From Azolla caroliniana (lineage: Eukaryota > Plantae > Polypodiophyta): a DNA stretch of 64,000 bases. The position numbers and the translations under genes are program-made. The stretch covers positions 28,396,001 through 28,460,000 of the forward strand of contig JBHGNT010000001.1 in the NCBI GenBank assembly GCA_043228905.1. The letters run 5' to 3'. Below, in pieces: positions 38,786-51,144 of this stretch. Within the stretch, counting starts at the first letter, position 1. Each line of letters opens with the position of its first letter. The notes below the pieces were generated by a model. It saw nothing but the letters and a program-made list of their open reading frames with translations. It was not told the DNA's origin and ran no database searches.

Positions 38786-41700
38786 AAACATCAATGATAT
38801 TCATCGTATGTATGGTATGACTAATGCTAAAAGACGTAAGAAATTGATAAAAAGTTTTCCTATATTCTTATGCGATGCAATGTACTATTGATGAATAATC
38901 CGCATGATGAAGAGGTTTTGGATGTTCAAGTTCAAGTACAGGACATTGTGAAGAAATTTTCTTGTCAAAGTGATCAACAGACAAGACTGCGTCAATTAAA
39001 GGAGGTATTTATCGATAATCAATCACAATTTCATATGTTTTTTCAAGGATTAAGACCGCCATATGCTCATTCAAATGTGGTACAAATTAAGATAGGGGAT
39101 GACATTGTTGTAGACCCAATCAAGGTTATTGAGTTTTTTTTTTCCAAAAAAATACTACTTCGCATTAGTTAGCAAACAAAATTACATCATAGAACTCTCA
39201 AAATTCCTCTCAACAGCCCTCACTTTGGCCTTCCCACCAAAGCGGACATAGTTCCCACCTCATTTTCAACAAACGTATCCAAACAACTCCAATAACCTAG
39301 TTATTTGTACCATAACTATACAAATTTACAACACCTAGACGCTGTTGGAAACTATTGGGGGAAACAGCCATCGGGGTGCTTGGTAGTGCCATTGAGGCCC
39401 TAATGATGATCTGCCGACCATAGGAGAATTACCCCATTTCAGCAAGAACTTTGATCGAGATCTTTCAGCTGCATCAGATTCCCCCTTAATCGAGTCGTAT
39501 CGTCCCCGCAGCCAAGAGACCAACTCAAACCAGATATTTATTAATACCTCACCACTAGGGATCTTTTGTTGTTGAAAAACAAACTTACAGCAGTTGGTCC
39601 AAATGTGCCAGACCGATAAACAAGCCACCATCCTCCATATCTCTTCAAAAAGTTCTGAGTTAGTGCCAGGTCGAACTCCAACCCGTTGAAACACCTTGCC
39701 ACCTTGCACTATAAATCCATGTCCGTGAGGGTTTAACTGTTCAGCCCAACCTTCCCCTGTTAACTTGAGCCCCTGTACGGACCCCCATACAACTCTCCCA
39801 TTCACGCCGCATGCTGCCACTATCCGGAGACTTCTACCCCAAATGTTAATAGCCTCGTTACAATTCCAAAAACAATGAGGAATTGATTCCAAAGGGTGAC
39901 CACAAATTTTGCATCCAGCCTCACCACCACGACACCTAAGCCACTCCCCCACTGGTACAGCTTTGTGACTAAGAAGCCACAACCAAAGCTTTATTTTTTC
40001 TGGCATATCGAACGCCCATAGCCTCCTCCAAAACGACTTCAACCAGCCATCAGAAATGCCTTTATCCTTCCCGCTATTGCGAGTTAGGGCAACACCCATC
40101 GATTTAGATCCAATGATTTGCTTTCCTAGCTTGGTAGTGTACTCGAAAAACCGTTCAAGTTTGTCCGTTCCAGGTTTCTGCCACCACACCTCTAGTGGAT
40201 CCCAATCCAGATCACATATGGGCTTGTTGTCAACTATCCAAAGCTTACAATCATATTGCAGTTTCCTGGGTCCGGGTTTACTTGCCACTTCTTACCTTCT
40301 AGCATTGCCACTCGTACTATCAACCACTGGCCATTGTCTGCCAAAGCACTTAGGTTGCCCCACCACCGATACTCATTAGATGGGCACCTGTCACGGATAA
40401 TTTGTGCATCGTCCTCACCCACAAACCACCCAAACCAGACCCCCTCTTCTTCATTCAGCCTAGCTAGACCATCAACAACCTTATCTATCAAATGGGTAAT
40501 CTTTTCCAGCCTGCCAGTAAATCTAGGGCTACCAACCAGTCCCTCCCTTCTTCTCCTTTTGAACTCCTCCCAGTCTCTTACTAAACTAACATTGTACTCT
40601 ACCATTTTTCCCCATGGCGAGTATTTTTTCTGACCAAGCATCATACCGTCATCACTTCGAATCCTGGGGTTCCAAAATAGAGGTTGACAGAGTTGTTCCC
40701 CCATTTTGTTATTGAGTTATGTATTACTCATTTTAAGAATTTGATTGGGCCAAAGTTGATTATTAATGAGTATGTGTTGAAAGCACGACAAGAGTTTTAT
40801 AATGTAATTATGAGTGTCGTGAATACAAATATTTGTCAAGAATTAAATGTTGATTTCGAAGAAGCTGAGGTGGAAAAGATATTGTTACACCTTCCAAATG
40901 GTAAAAGCCTTTGTTGGGATGGTGTTACAAATGAAGTTTTTAAGAAGTATGTTGGCATGCTTAAGAGTCCATTCACACAAATGTTTCAACAATGTTGGGA
41001 TTCTGGTTTCCTGCCTGAGAGCTGGAAGGTGGGCTTAATCAAATTGATACCAAAGGTACCATCTTCGGAGTCATTTCATCAATGGAGACGTATTTCATTG
41101 ATGGGAGGGTTGTACAAAGTGTTTGCAAAGATATTATCCAACAAACTTAAGAAGTTCTTTCCTCAACTTATTCATCCATCTCAATATGGTTTTATTACAG
41201 GTAGAAATATATTGCATAATGTTTTGAATGTTCAAATGGTTACCGATTATGCTCGACATACACATCAAGAAATGTTTATGGTGCAATTAGATTTGGAAAA
41301 AGCATATGATCATGTTAATTGGTCTTTCCTCTCAGGTGTGATGTATAGTATGGGGTTTGGTCCTCGTATGTGTCGACTTATCTTTTTGCTAGGGCAAAAT
41401 ACAACCTTGTGTGTGATGCTTAATGGTGGAGTTACTTCGAAAGTGTTTCTTCCTAGATTCGTGCAGCAAGGATGTCCACTAAGCCCATTGTTTTTTGCTA
41501 TTGTTACACATCCTTTGTTAGTAATGTTGTCAAATCTTGCAACTAGTGGTGATATTGTGGGTTTGCATCGTCCTTTTGGTGGACAATTGGTGGCGCAAGC
41601 ATTGGCTGATGATTCTTTTATGTTTTTACAAGCCTCAAAAGAAAATCTTGAAAGGATTATGCAACTTTGGGATCAATTTGCTTTGGCTTCAAGGTTGTAT

Positions 41701-43417
41701 ATAAATTGAAGGAAATCTTGCCTTATTTCTTGTACGGAGAGTGCTTTGGAATGTTTGGGATGTCGAGGGTCAGTGATTACACGAGGATCAATTTGTCGAC
41801 ATTTGGGTTATCCATTGGGTGTTGATGTTACACATGTTCAATTGATTGATTGGATTGGTAGTAAATTGAAGGACAAATTTATGTATTGGAAGTCTCAATT
41901 ATGGCCCTTTTATGTACAACTCAAAGTGGTGCAATGTATCTTGATACCCATGTTATTATATTTTTTTTCTTTACTACCTTGGACTAAGGCCTCACAAAAC
42001 ATGTTACAATTTACAACCTATTCGATTCATGTTGTGGTAGAAGGGAGAAATGATGGGAGTTACATGGATTTCATGGGACCATTTGGCTACTCCTAAAAGG
42101 TTAGGTGGTGCAACAATATTGGATTTGGAAAGGCATTTGATGGCTCGTAGATTTGCATTATTACGAGATATATGTCAACAAGATCACCCATGGATATCTA
42201 TGATGCAATATTTTATTGAGCATGAAGGATTGGTGCACGGGAAAACAAAGATTCAAGCCTGCTAGTGGTCATTACTCAATGGAAGTATTCCTCTAAAGAT
42301 TCGACATTCTGTATGTGGACAACATTTGGTAAGATCGTGGCAAGATGCATTATGTCTTTTTGAATGGGGACCATCAAGTGATCGAGAATATTGTAATTCA
42401 TTACAAAATGTATTGCTTGTTTCTTCTCGAATGTTGTTTTGGAATGGGAAAGAGAAATTGAGATCTCAATTCAGTTATTTATTTTGATTGGGGATTGTAA
42501 ATTTGGAAGATGTGGTTGATAATGAATCTCAAAGGTTGTCAGATTTTGAAGATGCCAAGTGATAGTTATGTATTCCCCCAAATTATGGATTTATTTGGGA
42601 GAAATTACAAGATATACCATTGTTGCAAGGATCTTTGCCATTGGAAACAAATTTTGCACCTTGGGTGGATTGGTGGTTACAAGATGGTACACACTTGTTA
42701 TTGGTCACTACAAATATATTGTATCATCATGCGATGGCATCATTATCTTGGATATCTCCAAAAGCAGCGAAGTTGTGGAATGTATGTAAGTCGGATGCCA
42801 AGTGGTGGAAAATATTACAATGTGGTTGGCATTCCCATCTACCATTTCGTGCAAAGGTATTCATATGGAGAATCATGATTGGTGGGTTCCCATTAGGTTC
42901 GGCCTTAAAGAGACGAGGACTAGGGTCTGACACTTGTTTCTTTTGCACCGTTCCATTGGAGGATAGTACACATAGGTTCATTAAATGTCCTATAACGTGT
43001 TCCATTTGGAAGTATGTATCTGACATTTGGCAAGTTTTAATCCGTTGTTTGAGACCTTAACAATGGGTTTTTTCTCAATATGTTCAAAATGGTTCAAATG
43101 ATGAGATAGAAATATTGTTCCAATTTTTACATTATTGGGGTCTACAACACAATTGGAATATGCGTAATGCTTTCATGTTTGATAATAAACATCGGGTGAA
43201 AGCCTATATAAAGAAGTTAAAAGGTATTCTCATGTTGAATTTTTGGGTATTAGAGAATGTGGGGATCATTTCCTCAAATGCATATTTAGGTTTTTTAATA
43301 GTATTACAGAACGTCCCTCTCCATACATAGGCATATGATAGGTAGAGGAGACTAAGAAATGTTGTAACTAACTGGATTTTACATACAATTAATATAATTG
43401 TGTGCTTTTACCAAAAA
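38784..43417 (+). mobile_element. L1-clade LINE (copy C, family 'GA'), 5'-truncated, flanked by (GA)n on both sides, interrupted by LINE D
   Basis: RT motifs LDLEKAYDHV, QGCPLSP, LADD and zf-RVT-like CFFC. Begins right after (AG)n 38755-38783 and ends TTAATATAATTGTGTGCTTTTACCAAAAA before (GA)n 43420-43445. Confidence 0.92.
39134..40707 (-). mobile_element. 5'-truncated L1-clade LINE (copy D) nested in LINE C
   Basis: T10 run at 39134-39143. TSD GTTATTGAG(TT) at 39125 and 40708. Encodes only the ORF2 C-terminal region (CKICGHPLESIPHCFWNC). Excision restores VDPIKVIELCITHFKNLIGP in LINE C. Confidence 0.93.
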
Positions 43418-44899
43418 GTGAGAGAGAGAGAGAGAGAGAGAGAGATCTTTTTAACATCTATGGGGGACAAAACCAAATAAACATATCTTGTATGTGACTC
43501 TTCCTTGAGAAGGGTTGGTGGGGATTTGGGTATCACCCTTGAATTATCATGTCTATCTAACAAGTCATCATACTTCTTAGGAATAACCTTATACATTGAG
43601 CACACCGGAAATTATGTTCATCTTCCACTAGGTTTTCTTTGTAGCTAACCTTGCATATCTCCAAGGTGATGATGTTATGATACCACCTCAACACGTAAGT
43701 TGTGTGAGTAAGTTTGAAGCCTCAATAAGATATGGTTGGATGGGCTCTAGTATTTTTACCTTGCATTAGGGCCAACATTAGGGGCTGCAATGTAATATTC
43801 CCATATTATCATTTTGGCATCTCACCACTTCATGAGTAGCACATTGTGATTGTGAGAAATTCATGGGAGAGAGAGAGAGAGAGAGATTAGAGATGACATG
43901 TCATGAGAACTAACAGTTTTGTGGTGGGCCAATGGGATATCACAATCCATCAATTGTAGTTCAACTTTCATAATTAATACATTGCTATTTACAAAAAGAG
44001 AGAGAAAGTGAAGTTTGAGATATTGGGGATCGTACTATCATTGGTGTGCACAATGCCTTTGTAGGCACGACCAGTGTATTGATGTGGCAATATACAGTAG
44101 GACACAATGTAATATTTTTGTTTTATCCAAAGCTTTAGAAACAACCAACTTCAGTCTAATTTGCACTTTCCAAAATCACTGTTAAAGTTTAAAGGCCATT
44201 GTATACTAGTGCCACAACTTTTGAGGTTTTCTAGAAGAAAACCAAGTATTAAAATATTAGTTCATAACAAAAGCTACCAAATTTCATTTCAGGTTTATTA
44301 TTTATCATTAAGTATTTTTGTTATTTTCGAAATACCAAACTCAGTATTGTTCCCGAACAACTCTTGAAGAAACCAAGACTTCATAGACTGAAGAGTCAAG
44401 TTGGATAAGATAATGAAAAGAATCAACTGTCATTCAGTTCTTTTGCAATCATAACATTTATCTTACCATTTTGAGAGTGTTAAATACTCGTAAGGCTTTG
44501 TTCTCATCTCTGCAGGTAATAAGAGGTAGATTTTTTGCATCAGTACCAGTTGGGTATTCACTTGACCCCATTTCAACCTAGAACCAAATCACAAAAGCAA
44601 AATTAATATTGCAAGACGAAGAGAGATGGATCTAAATGCTTTAAAATACCTTAAGAAATCCTTGATAGATCCAGATGGAGCCGATAATGATGGCACTCAT
44701 TCAATTGCCTGTAAACAGAAGAGTATAAGAGAAGAATTCTCGAGAAAACAAAAATACATCAACAGATCCAAATACAGATCAACAAAATAAGGTTGCTTCA
44801 ATGACCAAGAGCACAAAATACATGCTGCCTCAAGATTGATTGTGACGCCTCTCACCAACCAGCCAGCTGATAAAGCCAAGACAAACTGAACACCAATGT

Positions 44900-45115
44900 A
44901 TATGCATGTCTTCTTGCTTTCCATGTATTAATGTGCATGCCTGCATATTCTCGTTTTCCATGTATCAACATCCATGCATGTGTCTTGCTTTCCATGAATT
45001 GATGTCTATACCTGTGTCTTCTTGCTTTCAATGTGTAAATGTCTATGCTCATGTCTTCTTGTATTCTATTTCTCAATGTATATGTATGAGTCTTTTTACT
45101 CTCCATGTGTAGAGT
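44900..45115. repeat. Degenerate tandem repeat, unit about 40 bp, 3' of the P-class PPR
   Basis: Recurrent (A)TGTCTTCTTGCTTTCCATGTAT-like units. Confidence 0.6.
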
Positions 45116-45280
45116 ACACTCAAAAGACATGAGAAACTGTATACATCAACATGAACTAATACACAATAACGTGTTCAATCCCTCCATGAAGATCAATAGC
45201 ATCATGTCCACAGGTTTATCATATCTATTATCTGTACACACTACTGACCCCAAAATGGTATTCAACTAAAGAACACACAC

Positions 45281-47523
45281 TTAGCCAGAACACTCGGCAT
45301 GAGACAAAAGCATCATATCTTCCACACTTTGGGCTTCTTCCAAACGCCCTGAAATTTTTAAGCCATCATGCATAAGCCTGTAAGTCCATATGTCGGGGGT
45401 AAAACCAAGCTCAGTCATTTTCTTAAAATATCCATAAGCATCTTCAATAAGGTCTATGTTTATAAGGTACTTCAGCATTACTTTAAAAACATCTGAATGC
45501 AAATGTTTACCATCTTGTAGCACATGAGTAAAAACCTCACAAGCCTCTTTAACTAAGCCTGACTCACCCAACCCAGCAAGAAGACACTTGTATGTTACCC
45601 AATCATGATGAAAACATCGTGCATCCATCTCCATCATTAATACCTTTGCATATTCTGTTTTTCCCGCCAATCCACATCCATAGATCAAAGTATTGAAAAT
45701 TATGGCATTTGGAGAGCACCCAATCATATCCATTTCTTCAAACATGTGCAACCCATCATCAAACCTACCAGATTTTAGAAGACCGCTGATAAGCGAGTTG
45801 TATGTCCTTACATCAGGGAAATGACCTTTGCACTTCATTTCCTCAAAGTATTGAAGTGCCTCATTGATATCACCATGCTTGCATAATGCAGTGATTACGG
45901 CTGTGTAAGTAACACTTGTTGTCATCGAGGGTGTTCTTCTAACTTTCTCAAACAGAAACTTCACAGCATTCACTCTCTTGACCTTCCCAAGATTATGAAT
46001 AAGAATTGCATAAGTAAATACATTAGGATAGAGGCCTTCCTTTAGCATCTTTTCTACAATTATAATAGCATCATCTATAAGTCCTGACCTACCCAGAATA
46101 TTCAACAAGGTATTGTATGTTATAGTTAATGGTGTTATACCTTCTACTTTCATTTGCTTCCATAAGTCAAAAGCTTCTTGAGCTAGATTTTCCCGGCCTA
46201 GATATTTAATCAATATATTGTATGTGACAAGATTAGGTGTAGGTCCAACTTTCTTCATTTCCTTATAAACTTTCAAAGCTTTTGCAAGGTCTCCACACTT
46301 ACCTGCAGCCTCGATGAAATAATTATAGCTCCATATATCAGGATGGACACCCTTGGCTGGCATCTCTTCAAACAAGTTAACAGCCTCTGTAAGTCTCCCT
46401 TCCATAGCAAAACCTTTAATGACAAAATTGAAAAGGTTGGGCTTTGTAACACAAGCTCTTGTAGTAAGCTCTTGAAGAAGTTTATATGCCTCATCAACTT
46501 CACCATTCACAGCCAATGGAACAATCAAAAGATCTAACACTACTGCAGGTGGTTCCCTACCCATAGCCTTAAACTCCTTGTAAGTACAGAAGGCTTCCTT
46601 GTATAGACCCGTCTTAATAAGACCTTCTATAAGTGCTGTGAATGCCACTCTGGTGAGACACAAACCTCGCTGAATCGCGTCATACCAAAACTTGAGAGCT
46701 TCCTTAATATGGCCTCCTTTACTGAAATTAATAACCATAGTTCCATACATCATCTTTGTATACATACCGCCCATACCCTTCATTGCAACAAAAACTCTTG
46801 ATGCCATTTCTACTTGTCCTAGCCTAGCAAGTCCCGCTGCAACCTCTTCATGTGCTTCTACATTTGCCACAATTCCTCTGGTCTGCATAGTGTTGAAAAG
46901 TTCAAGTGCATCATCGATTTTCCCATGTTTACAAAGTGTGATGATTACAGCATTCTCACTGATGCCTTCATTCCCGCAATTATTCTTATCATAGTGGACG
47001 TAGCCAACCGATTTCCTCCTTAAAATCACAAATTCCTCGGGTGTATCTGGTTGAAGAAAGCAGATTCAGAAAGCAAATTTGGGATACACGAAAGCACTTC
47101 ATTTAGAGCTTCAAAAGAAACCTTGGAAAAAGCAAATGAGAGAAGAGGAATAATATAACATCAACCACTTCTAGAACCATAAAAACAACGTTTACCAGTC
47201 CTTTTGGCAGATGGAAAATCATCTCCATTTATTGAATCTCTCGAGGAAGAGAATCTTGACCAACGAGATACTATAAAAGGTACAACCTCACATGGTTTCG
47301 AAAAGTAACATGTCATCTGCTAAAGCATTTGAAGTTATACATAAGGATGTATGTGACCTTGACAATACAAATAACTGGGAAAAGACGGAATGGAAAAAAA
47401 GGTATAACCTTTCGATGCATGCTGTTGTTGTAATGCTACCCTTGACAAGGCATTTGAGTGTCTGAATCTATGCGCATATGTTCTGGTATTCCACAGTTGA
47501 AGAGAGATAGGAATTTTCACCAT
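45281..47523 (-). CDS. P-class PPR protein; exons 47523-47409, 47270-47196, 47046-45281
   Basis: Tandem 35-aa P motifs (TYNILI, TYNTLL, TYTAVI, TYNSLI). Two upstream GT-AG exons splice in frame to give MVKIPISLQLWNTRTYAHRFRHS...SRWSRFSSSR, an Arg/Ser-rich transit-peptide-like N-terminus. A probable 5' UTR exon ends at the donor near 48507. Confidence 0.88.
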
Positions 47524-48710
47524 AATTATACGTTAAAAGGCATGTATTATCTGCAAAATCCATAAAAACTGCACAATGAAAAGCATTATCAAGAATTAGC
47601 TGTACTCAAAACCATTTTTTTCTCAGAAACTAGGATCTTCATGCATACAAGATTGGAACAGAAAAAACGAGAATAACCTCATTGAACATTTCATACTTCG
47701 AACATACCATAGCAAAAATAGGATTTCACACTTCAAACATATCAACCGAAAAAACTAAAGTTTTTGTAATCATTACACAATTCAACCTCAGAACCTTAGA
47801 AACTGGGACCTGGAGACAAAAAGAAAGCAGCTGAAAAAGGCTATATAACCAGAAGTTTTTTTGCATTTACCAAATGCCCTTAAGTTTGTCTTTACTTCTC
47901 AAATGCCCCTAAATTTTCATTATTTCCCTGCACGCCCCTCATCAACCCCTGAAAGAGCAAAGAAGACAACGAAGTGGTAGTCAAATCACACACATAACTC
48001 AGAAAAATGGATAACTTCACCATATAACTGCTCATACAGTATATATAATTGCTAATGTCAGGGTTTGATGGGGGGCCATTCGGGAAATAAAGAAAAACTG
48101 ACACACTTTCAAGTTATTCCTCTTACTGCTATCATAACCATGGTAATCTTAAAAACTAATGTTTCAAGCTCAATCCATGCATGGAGACGAAAAAAGGAGA
48201 GATTTTGATGTAGCAGAGGAGCCGAAGTTTTAAGTAATTCGTTAGCCACTAAACTAAGGTTTCGGAATCATTAGCTATGAAATTAACGTTCAAATTATAT
48301 CCATGAAAAGATCGAAAAGAGAAAGAAAGAAACAGCAGTAGAGAAGCAAAGGTTACTGCAATCATTCATTAGCCTTGAAAAAGAAATGGAAGAAAAAAGC
48401 AAATACAATTGAGATTATCAGCCTTGGAAACATCGATCAGAAATCCAAAAACAGAAGGAAAGAAAAGAAAGGAAGGAAAAGCATGGAGCTTTATGTGGAG
48501 AACTTACCAGGAAGAATGCATTGAAAGGGTCGGTGCGGGCGAGGAGGCATGGCGATCTGCAGAAACACACGCAAACAAACAATCAAGCATTCAACCACAC
48601 TACACTGTCTCTCTCTTAAAACTCCAAGTGCAATCAATACAATCCGAGTTTCGAACCTAAGGTCACTCACTCTTGGCCGGAAGAAACCTTTGTGAAAGCG
48701 TTGAGTACAC

Positions 48711-49106
48711 CAATCGGCAACGGTTCGGTTCAGTTTGAGAGGGTCCAAACCGAGCCGTTTAAAAAAATTTTAAACCTGAACCGAACCACGAAAGCGTTAA
48801 ACCGAACCATTAAAAACAATTCAAACCGTTAAAACCGTGGTTTCGTGGTTCGGTTTCGGTTTTCAACTTAGGTCAAATTTTTATTTTTTAAATTTTAAAG
48901 ATGTTCCTAAATTCTGAGAATAAGGTCTAAAGATGAAAATATTGTTTAAAAACAAATTTTAAAAATTTTAAATTTAAATAATCAAATAAAAACCGTTTAA
49001 CCGTTTAAACCGCAGTTTCTAACTGTTGAAACCAAACCAAACCATTTAAAAAAACCTAAACTGAACTGAACTGTTTAAATCGTTAAGCCACGGGCCTATT
49101 CGATTG
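48711..49106. mobile_element. MITE-like non-autonomous DNA element (AAACCG-rich, hAT-like) just upstream of the P-class PPR
   Basis: Termini CAATCG...CGATTG, flanked by AGTACAC and CGTACAC. Many AACCG/CGGTT subterminal motifs around an AT-rich core. Confidence 0.65.
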
Positions 49107-49695
49107 CGTACACTTGAGCCAAATATCGAGTGAGTTTATGACTATAGAATGAATGCATGCCATTTGAAGTTGAAGTTTTCGTAGAAACATTCCGTTTTGT
49201 TCATACCATCACACTCTCAGACCCTCATTCCAATAACACCTGGTAAATATGTGTTGTTCTTGCCACAAATTCACTCTTGTTCCATACCCAACACCCCTCC
49301 AGCCCCCCCAAAATAACTAACTCTCTACGTACAATGAATTTAACTTCATCACACACCAATGTTGCTCGCTCTTCCCATTAGGGGTCTACTATGACCAAGA
49401 ATTATGCACACCCAATTGAAGTTATATGAATGATCGTGTACATATAAAGAAGATAGGCTTTCAAAAAGCCTTTTTTCAGATCAATGTCTTCTACCCTCAC
49501 CATGGTTGTGCTCTTCAATGCTTTTCAATATCCAAGGCCTAGCTACGTTTTACATTTTTAATAACAAGTGGAAAAAAAAGAACCAAAATGTATTAACTAA
49601 ATACTTAGGTGTTTCTAATTCTAATTAGTAGTTTTCTGCATGGACTAGATTAAGTAAGATATTTGTGTTATGTATGTACGTGTCATGGACATAAC

Positions 49696-49949
49696 CATAG
49701 TACGTAAAATTCGTGTTCGTCTAGCATAACATTCGTTTTCCTACGTTGGAAAATGAATGTGAATGTTATTCAAACATTCTTGTGTTTTTTCCCATTTTTT
49801 TAATGTTTTTTTTTCGTTTTTTTCCATTTTTTAGGCTTATTTACCTCGTAATAAATAGTTAATCCAAAACTATGGTATTTATCATTCTTTGAGAGTGTTT
49901 TTCTTGCACGAATGCGAATGCACGTATGGTACGTATGGTTCATACTATG
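49696..49949. mobile_element. hAT-type MITE, 254 bp
   Basis: TIR CATAGTA...TACTATG with perfect 8-bp TSD GACATAAC (49688-49695 and 49950-49957). An 8-bp TSD is characteristic of hAT elements. Confidence 0.88.
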
Positions 49950-50278
49950 GACATAACAATAGTCATGTCATGATTCGAACTCTTGACCTACTATATTATA
50001 ATCAATCGATATGTTTTAACAAACACATCCAATACATGGTCATGTTACCTTAGTAGAATATTGTAGATTATCTATACTACGTGTAGGAGATTTTAGAAGC
50101 TTCCAGAAAGCTCTAGAAGCTAGAACATTCCAAACTTTTGTGCATGAAAATGAGTCTCTACATGGAACTACATTTAGAGCCCACAAACATGTATAAATAC
50201 AGGGGTTCACCTTGGCCTTAGTCAAGGTGAACAACACCAGTTACAAAAGCATAATTCAGTTCTTGTTCTCTTGTCTAT

Positions 50279-50351
<73 letters not shown>
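50279..50351. repeat. Long (CT)n microsatellite
   Basis: Pure CT run of about 70 nt. Confidence 0.95.
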
Positions 50352-50356
<5 letters not shown>

Positions 50357-50395
50357 ACTCGTCCGTGACAGTACGTGGGTGGAGAGAGAGAGAGA

Positions 50396-51047
50396 CGTTG
50401 TGTGGGTGGTTGGGATTTATGCCCCTAACCAAGCCACTCAACGTATTGCATTATGGGGCTCACTCCTTCAAACTCTATGTGTGGGTTGTCCAAGATTACT
50501 TATGGGTGATTTTAACATGTGTATTGATGCATCTCAATTTATGTCTGAACATTCAATCATGGATGATCCTGAGCAACTTGCTTGGGATTCATTGGCTATG
50601 GAGGTTTTGAAGTTGGATGTTTGGACATGGTTGCATGGTAATGATCCAAGTTTTACTTTCCAATTTGCTCAACATAGACAAACATGGAGTCGATTAGATA
50701 GAGTGTAAGTGATGCACGATGATTCTTTTATCTCGGCATCACTTCGTATGACAGTCCTACAAGATGTAGGAATTTCATATCACTTTCCTATTTGTTTGGA
50801 GGTTTGTACTGTTGGGAAAACCAGGTCCCTTTGGAGATGGGATGAGCAAGCTCGACCGAGGCCGAAAATTGATTTTCGAAATCGGGAGACTATATATGTA
50901 AATAGTCTAAATGTGCCCCTTGTGGGCTATGTATGTAAATAGCCAACAAGTTGTATATGTATAAATACAACTAGGGAAAACTTTATGTGGAGAGTGTGAA
51001 TCATTATAGTTGAACAAGTTACGGTGAGTAGTTGCCTCTGTAACTGT

Positions 51048-51144
<97 letters not shown>

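Noticed and set aside
50212-50708. ORFs with poly-SL tracts
   Set aside because: These are translations of the (CT)n microsatellite running into LINE endonuclease sequence.
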